64,000 nucleotides of DNA, taken from contig CAWEYL010000003.1 in NCBI GenBank assembly GCA_963813335.1, forward strand, positions 544,001-608,000, written 5' to 3'. Positions 58,953 to 64,000 of this stretch are shown here, in pieces. The position numbers were made by a program, and so were the translations under genes. The DNA comes from an uncultured Chloroflexia bacterium. Lineage in GTDB: Bacteria; Chloroflexota; Limnocylindria; Limnocylindrales; CSP1-4. The notes beneath the pieces were generated by a model, which saw nothing but the letters and a program-made list of their open reading frames with translations, was not told where the DNA came from and ran no database searches. How positions within the stretch are numbered: the stretch's first letter is position 1; every line of letters begins with the position of its first letter.

Positions 58953-59638
58953 GGCCGGGCCGCCCGATAACCCACCCCTCTGGCCGTCTCGATGTATTGC
59001 GCGCCGTCGGGCCGTGCACCGAGTTTGTGGCGAAGGTTCTTCACGTGGCTGTCGATCGTGCGGTCGTACGCATCGAACTCGTGGCCGAACATCGCGCTCG
59101 CGAGCTGGTCTCGCGACAGCACGACGCCCGGTCGGTCGGTCAACGCGACGAGCAGGTCGAATTCGATCCGCGTGAGGGCGAGCGCTGTCCCGCCTCGGTC
59201 GACTTGGCGGGCACCGAGGTCGATGTCGAGGTCGAAGAACCGCGATGTGCGATCCGTCGTGTGTCCACCGTCGGCTGCTGTGCGTCGGAGGACGGCGCCG
59301 ACCCGCGCGACGAGTTCTCGGGGCTCGAACGGCTTGGTCACATAGTCGTCGGCGCCGATCTCAAGTGCCGCGACGCGGTCGATGACATCGTCGCGAGCGG
59401 TGAGCATGATCACCGCTCCTCGGAAGTCGCTCGCCCGAAGATCCCGCAGCACCTCGAACCCGGATCGCTTCGGGAGCATCACGTCGAGCACGATCAGGTC
59501 GGGCGATCCCGACCGAGCCCTCTCGAGCGCACTTTCGCCGTCCGTCGCCGACGAGACGTTGTGGCCTTCACGAACGAGGTATGCACGCACGACATCGAGG
59601 ATGTGCGCTTCGTCGTCGACGACCAGGATGCGGGCCAT
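58949..59638 (-). CDS. OmpR family response regulator
   Basis: ILVVDDE, LDVMLP, MLTAR, GADDYVTKPF, RTIDSHVKNLRHKL, TARGVGY. Confidence 0.93.
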   Translation of the reverse strand: MARILVVDDEAHILDVVRAYLVREGHNVSSATDGESALERARSGSPDLIVLDVMLPKRSGFEVLRDLRASDFRGAVIMLTARDDVIDRVAALEIGADDYVTKPFEPRELVARVGAVLRRTAADGGHTTDRTSRFFDLDIDLGARQVDRGGTALALTRIEFDLLVALTDRPGVVLSRDQLASAMFGHEFDAYDRTIDSHVKNLRHKLGARPDGAQYIETARGVGYRAARP

Positions 59639-59704
59639 GTGCTGAGGGTGGGTGGACGGTCGGACCCGCGAACAGGTCCGACCGTCCCGAAAATGGCCTG
59701 TCGC

Positions 59705-60184
59705 CTACCTGCTCATGGCTCCATGCGGGCCGCTTCCGTCGCACGTGCCGGTCCCGGCCGTCCCGCGACCCATCCCTGTCGGACCGGCACCGACCGCGAC
59801 GCCGCGCATCCCGCCCGTCGTCACCTTGTCGACCATGTCCTTGGCGCGCAGTTCGACCTGCGCCTTCAGTGTCGCCGCCTCGCCGGCGGTGATCGCCCCG
59901 TTGGCGACGCGCGCCTCGATGCGCTCGGTCCATCGCGCCCGCAGAGCATCGACCAGCTTCTGCGGCTCGACGTTCTGGCGCTCGGCGATCTGCGCCAGCG
60001 ACAGTCCCTCGTGCCGCAGCGCCATCACCTCCGCCTGGGTCAGTCCCAGGATCGTCGGGACCGTGTCTCGGCTGCGGATCTGGTCGCCGGCCTGAGTCGG
60101 CTGCGGGGTCGCGGCGATCACGCCGCCCGCCAGGGCGATGACGACAAGGGCTGCGCCCCCGAACGAGATGACGATCTTCCTCAT
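59705..60184 (-). CDS. secreted helical protein (DUF2680/YckD-like) with Gly-rich tail
   Basis: GGAGG RBS, signal peptide, LGLT....G.SLAQIA, GAIT, tail GTGTCDGSGPHG. Confidence 0.7.
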   Translation of the reverse strand: MRKIVISFGGAALVVIALAGGVIAATPQPTQAGDQIRSRDTVPTILGLTQAEVMALRHEGLSLAQIAERQNVEPQKLVDALRARWTERIEARVANGAITAGEAATLKAQVELRAKDMVDKVTTGGMRGVAVGAGPTGMGRGTAGTGTCDGSGPHGAMSR

Positions 60185-60272
60185 CTGGTGCCTCCTGGGA
60201 TGGTTCGATCCTTCACGGATCTGGCCCACTCACGAGCCGAGCGGGTGGATGCAGCGAGCATCGCGGCCCTGG

Positions 60273-60311
60273 GTGAAGGCACGATGGAGGCTGCGTGCCG
60301 ATTCGAAGGAG
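60273..60311 (-). promoter_or_regulatory. OmpR-type direct repeats with 11-bp period
   Basis: Minus strand CTCCTT, CGGCAC, CTCCAT, CTTCAC at exact 11-bp spacing upstream of 60184. Confidence 0.5.
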
Positions 60312-60377
60312 AATGCCGCTCAGGACGAATGGATGCGGTATCCATCCGGGTGCGAGTCTCGCCGGTCAGTGCCGGGG

Positions 60378-61299
60378 TTACGCGCCTTCGATCCCGGGCG
60401 ATGCGGCGTCCACCGCGGCGGCGTCCGGCATCCCCTCGCGGGCGCCGGCCCGTGTGACCGCAAGGCTGGCGGCGATGACGGCCCGCTGCGCGGCGGCGGC
60501 CAGGTCCAGGCCCGCGGCGAGCCCGGCGGCCAGCGCCCCGTTCAGCGCGTCGCCCGCGCCCACGGCATCGACCGCGTCGACTCGCGGGGCCTTGATGACC
60601 GTGGACCGCCGACCGACGTACCAGGAGCGCGCCGTCCGACCCGAGGCTCACCAGCGCGGCCCGCTTCGCGCCGGTGCCGAGGAGGTTCTTCGCCACCGCT
60701 GCGGGCTTGCCCGGTCCGGCGAGCGTCTCCAGTTCGCCGCGGTTCGGGGTGAGGATATCGGCGAGGTCGAGCGTGGACCTGCCCAGGCCGGCGGCGGGCG
60801 CCGGGTTCAGGATCGTGGTCGAGCCAGCGAGCCGCCCGAGACGGAGCGCCTCATGGGTGGCCCCGGTCCGGATCTCGTGTCCGACCAGGACGACGTCGTG
60901 CGGCCCGAGCGCCAGCTTCTTGAGCGCCTCGCGGACCTGGACCGAGTCGAGCGCCGAGTTCGCGCCACCCGCCACCGCGATGCTGTTCTCGCCACCCTGG
61001 TCGACGAGGATCAGGGCGACACCGGTCGGCTCGTCGAGCGTGAACAGACCCGCCAGGTCGATGCCTTCGGCCTCCAGCGCCTCGCGCGCGTCGAATCCGA
61101 ACGCGTCGCGACCGACCGCGCCGATGAACGAGACGTCGGCGCCCAGCCGCGCGGCGGCGACCGCCGCGTTGGCGCCCTTGCCGCCGTGGTGGCGCTCGTA
61201 GCGGCCGCCGATGACGGTCTCGCCGGGCCCCGGCAGGCGTTCGACCGTGACGACCAGGTCGATGTTGACCGATCCGACGACGACCACCCGGCCGGCCAT
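60378..61299 (-). CDS. rbsK: ribokinase (PfkB family), frameshift ~60620
   Basis: VVVGSVNID, GGKGAN, NPAP, PNRGE, VDAVGAGDALNG. Confidence 0.88.
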
Positions 61300-61306
61300 G
61301 GCCGCG

Positions 61307-62128
61307 TTACGACCCCGTGATGTATTCGCCGCCGTCGACGCCGATGACCTCGCCGTTGATGAAGTCCGTGCCCTCGCCCGACAGCGCGACGATGGTGTTC
61401 GCGACGTCCTGCGGCGTGGTCATCCGGCCGGTCGGGTTCCGTTTGGTGGCCGCTTCGATGATCATGTCGTGCTCGGGGATCTTCATCAGGGCCGGGGTCA
61501 TCGTCACGCCCGCGCGGATCGTGTTGGCGGTCACCCCGGAATCGAGCCGGGCGAACTCCATCGCCAGCTGGCGGATGTGCGATTCGAGCGCCGCCTTCGC
61601 GGACGACACGACGCCGTACGACGGCACGACCCGGGTCGAGCCCTCCGAGGTCATCGCGTAGAACTTGGAGCCGTGCTCCAGGAACCCGCCGCGCCACAGG
61701 TCCTGTGCCCAGTAGACGAGGCTGTTGGCCATCACGTCCTGGGTCATCTCCATCTTCTTGCGGTCGACGGCGCCTTTGGGGTCCTCGGCCAGGAACGGGA
61801 CGAGCGAGCCGAAGGCGAGCGAGTGCATGACGACGCGCACGTACGGGTGCTTTCCCGCGGCCGTCGAGCGGTCGAACCGCTCGCGCAGCGTGGCCAGCGC
61901 CGCGGTCCGCTTTTCGTCGTCAGCCGCGTTCATGTTGATGTACAGCGCTTCCTGGCCGGTCGCGGAGATGGCCGCCTTGACCTCGTCGACGTGCGCGATC
62001 GCGGCGCGGAAGTCGAGGTGGATCCCGCAGATGTTGTAGCCGGCCTTCGCGAGCGCGATCGAGGTCGCCTCGCCCATCCCGGACGACGCGCCGAGGATCA
62101 AGGCCCAGCGCTCGCGGTCGTCGGTCAT
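61307..62128 (-). CDS. SDR enoyl-[ACP] reductase (FabI/FabL-like)
   Basis: LILGASSGMG, HSLAFG, YGVVSSAK (Yx6K), TPAL..IP. Confidence 0.85.
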   Translation of the reverse strand: MTDDRERWALILGASSGMGEATSIALAKAGYNICGIHLDFRAAIAHVDEVKAAISATGQEALYINMNAADDEKRTAALATLRERFDRSTAAGKHPYVRVVMHSLAFGSLVPFLAEDPKGAVDRKKMEMTQDVMANSLVYWAQDLWRGGFLEHGSKFYAMTSEGSTRVVPSYGVVSSAKAALESHIRQLAMEFARLDSGVTANTIRAGVTMTPALMKIPEHDMIIEAATKRNPTGRMTTPQDVANTIVALSGEGTDFINGEVIGVDGGEYITGS

Positions 62129-62213
62129 CGTGTGGAGCCTCCAGCAACGGGACGGCGTCGGGATCGCCTCGGCGTCGGTGCCGAGTCTAGCAGCGGGCCA
62201 CCGCGCGACGACG

Positions 62214-62259
62214 TTGACGAGGGCCTCGGCCGAGGCGTAATTTGGCGTCGTCCGAAATA
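62214..62259 (+). promoter_or_regulatory. promoter and putative SdpR-type operator
   Basis: TTGACG (62214), 18 bp, TAATTT (62238); imperfect IR TAATTTGG-N6-CCGAAATA; perfect palindrome GCCTCGGCCGAGGC in the spacer. Confidence 0.55.
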
Positions 62260-62272
62260 CGGAGGCGCCGAG

Positions 62273-62548
62273 ATCAACCGCATCTACAAGGCCCTGGCCG
62301 ACCCGACCCGTCGACGCGTGCTGGCGATGCTCCGCGAGCGCGATATGACCGCGGGCGAGCTGGCGGCCGAATTCGACCTCTCGTGGCCCACGATGTCCGG
62401 CCACTTCGCGGTCCTGCGCGACGCCGATCTCGTCGTCGCCGACCGAACCGGGACCAGCATCACCTACCGCCTCAACCTGTCGGTCCTCGAAGAGGCGCTC
62501 GCCGCCCTGATGGACACGTTCAAGCTCCAGCCGAAGGAGTCGCGATGA
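62273..62548 (+). CDS. sdpR: ArsR/SdpR family autorepressor with probable ATC start
   Basis: (M)NRIYKALADPTRRRVLAMLRERDMTAGELA..FDLSWPTMSGHF..L; GGAGG 7 nt upstream of ATC. Confidence 0.85.
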   Translation: MNRIYKALADPTRRRVLAMLRERDMTAGELAAEFDLSWPTMSGHFAVLRDADLVVADRTGTSITYRLNLSVLEEALAALMDTFKLQPKESR

Positions 62549-63213
62549 ACATCCGGCCCATGCTCATCTACAGCGCGGTCGTGGTCGGGCTGATGCTCGG
62601 CCTGTCGGCGTGGGCGTGGACCCAGCTGCCCGCCGATGCCTCGATCCCGATCCACTGGGGCATCGACGGCCAGGCCAACGGCTTCGCCCCCAAGCCGATC
62701 GGGCTGCTGCTCCTCCCGTCGATCACGACCGCGATCGTCGCGCTGTTCGCGGTCATCCCCAGGATCGAGCCGCGACGCGCGAACCTCGAGCGCTCGAGCA
62801 CCGCCTACCGCGCCACCTGGATCGGCCTCGTGACGCTGATGGGCGTGATCCACGCGGCCACCATCGCCGCCGCGCTCGGGGCGACCTTCGACATCACCCG
62901 CTTCGTGCTGGTCGCCGTCGGGGCGCTGTTCATCGTGATCGGCAACTACCTGCCGAAGGTCCAGTCGAACTACCTCGTGGGCATCCGCACCCCGTGGACG
63001 CTCACGAGCGACCTGTCGTGGCAGCGGACCCATCGGCTCGGCGGCCGGCTGTTCGTGATCGAGGGCGCGGCCTTCGCCGTCCTCGGCCTCATCGGCGCGT
63101 CGCCGCAGTGGCTCGTGGCCGCGATCATCGGTGGCGTCGCGGTCCTGCTCGTGGTCCTGTTCGCCTACTCGTATCGGGTGTGGAAGCTCGATCCCGCGAA
63201 GCGCGTGTCATGA
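62545..63213 (+). CDS. sdpI: SdpI family immunity protein (DUF1648 plus SdpI)
   Basis: IPIHWGIDGQANG, GNYLPKVQSNYLVGIRTPWTL...W.RTHR. Confidence 0.9.
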   Translation: MNIRPMLIYSAVVVGLMLGLSAWAWTQLPADASIPIHWGIDGQANGFAPKPIGLLLLPSITTAIVALFAVIPRIEPRRANLERSSTAYRATWIGLVTLMGVIHAATIAAALGATFDITRFVLVAVGALFIVIGNYLPKVQSNYLVGIRTPWTLTSDLSWQRTHRLGGRLFVIEGAAFAVLGLIGASPQWLVAAIIGGVAVLLVVLFAYSYRVWKLDPAKRVS

Positions 63214-63410
63214 GCGATCCCACGCTGCTCCTGCTGCTGCTGCCCGTCATCGCGATCGAGCTGGTCCTCCTCCTGGTCGCGTTGCGCGACCTGCTCCGAC
63301 CCGAGCGCAAGGTGAAGGGCGGCAGCAAGCTCGCCTGGGGGCTCATCATCTGCTTCGTGAGCCTCATCGGCCCGGTCCTGTACCTGCTCGCCGGGCGCGA
63401 GGACCGGTGA
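63210..63410 (+). CDS. PLDc N-terminal domain small membrane protein
   Basis: ALRDLLR....KGGSKLAWGLII.FVSLIGPVLYLLAGR. Confidence 0.85.
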   Translation: MSDPTLLLLLLPVIAIELVLLLVALRDLLRPERKVKGGSKLAWGLIICFVSLIGPVLYLLAGREDR

Positions 63411-64000
63411 GCGGCGCGGCGGTCCGCTGCCAAGGGCTGAGCAAGCGGTTCGGCGGGGCGAGCGGCGTGCTCGCCGTCGACGCCCTGGACCTGGACGTGC
63501 CAGCGGGTTCGGTCTTCGGCCTGCTCGGGCCTAACGGCGCGGGCAAGACCACGACGCTCCGGCTCATCACCGGCCTCGCGACCCCGACCGCCGGCGAGGC
63601 CTCGATCGACGGCACGCGAGTCGATCCGCGCGACCCCGGGGCGCGGCGGGCGATCGGGGTCCTCGACCAGGACCCGCGCTACTACGGCTGGATGACCGGC
63701 CGGGAGCTCGTCGCCCTGGCCGGCCGGCTGCAAGGCCTCGCGGCAGGTGACGCCCGGACGCGGGCCACGGCCGCACTCGAACGGGTCGGGCTGGCCGAGG
63801 CCGCCGACCGGCGCATCAGCGGCTATTCGGGCGGGATGCGCCAGCGGCTGGGGATCGCCCAGGCGCTCGTCTCCGAGCCGAGCCTGCTGATCCTCGACGA
63901 GCCGGTCAGCTCGCTCGACCCGGAGGGCCGGCGCGACCTCCTGGCGCTGATCGCCGAGCTGCGCCAGCGGGCCACCATCATCTTCTCGACCCACGTCCTC
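63407..64000 (+). CDS. ABC-2 type exporter ATP-binding protein, runs off the window end
   Basis: GLLGPNGAGKTT, YSGGMRQRL, LILDEP, STHVL. Confidence 0.92.
   Translation, partial: MSGAAVRCQGLSKRFGGASGVLAVDALDLDVPAGSVFGLLGPNGAGKTTTLRLITGLATPTAGEASIDGTRVDPRDPGARRAIGVLDQDPRYYGWMTGRELVALAGRLQGLAAGDARTRATAALERVGLAEAADRRISGYSGGMRQRLGIAQALVSEPSLLILDEPVSSLDPEGRRDLLALIAELRQRATIIFSTHVL

Noticed and set aside
1-64000. tRNA, rRNA, IS elements, integrases, prophage or defence genes, Sec/Pyl read-through
   Set aside because: No recognisable motifs, terminal repeats or in-frame stops within conserved domains found by eye

Overview
Very GC-rich (visually ~70%+), gene-dense bacterial chromosome segment with about 60 CDS. 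Protein style and many Ser/Ala/Pro-linker lipoproteins suggest a Chloroflexota (Limnocylindria-like) or actinobacterial genome; this is inference only. In order: sugar ABC transporter divergent from an orphan catabolic operon (M24 hydrolase, TPP-dependent E1 alpha/beta, beta-hydroxyacid dehydrogenase, amidohydrolase); aldose epimerase and xylulokinase; a glycine-betaine/dimethylglycine/sarcosine cluster (soxBDAG, aldehyde dehydrogenase, ProU-type ABC, DMG oxidoreductase); a PotABCD-like ABC plus HAD and CysK-like genes; a Tat-exported repeat protein; a GAF/GGDEF/GGDEF/EAL protein; yccA, sufT-like, DUF433 and a phycobiliprotein-like globin; pabB/pabC-like genes, rhodanese, S41 protease; MarR; a SipW/TasA-like pair; kamA; MMPL with an AttH-like lipoprotein; Fur-family regulator and ZIP; a ferric-reductase-like cytochrome b with two coiled-coil proteins and ApbE; OsmC and a two-component pair; ribokinase; enoyl-ACP reductase; sdpR-sdpI and an ABC ATPase. 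About 13 single-base frameshifts look like sequencing errors. I found no tRNA, rRNA, CRISPR array, integrase or transposase. Best candidates for new biology: the ApbE flavinylation module whose putative substrate is a membrane-anchored coiled coil ending in TTGASG, the phycobiliprotein-like protein lacking the bilin Cys, the orphan catabolic operon, and the SipW/TasA-like fibre locus with a structured leader. All annotations come from motif recognition by eye; no searches were run.
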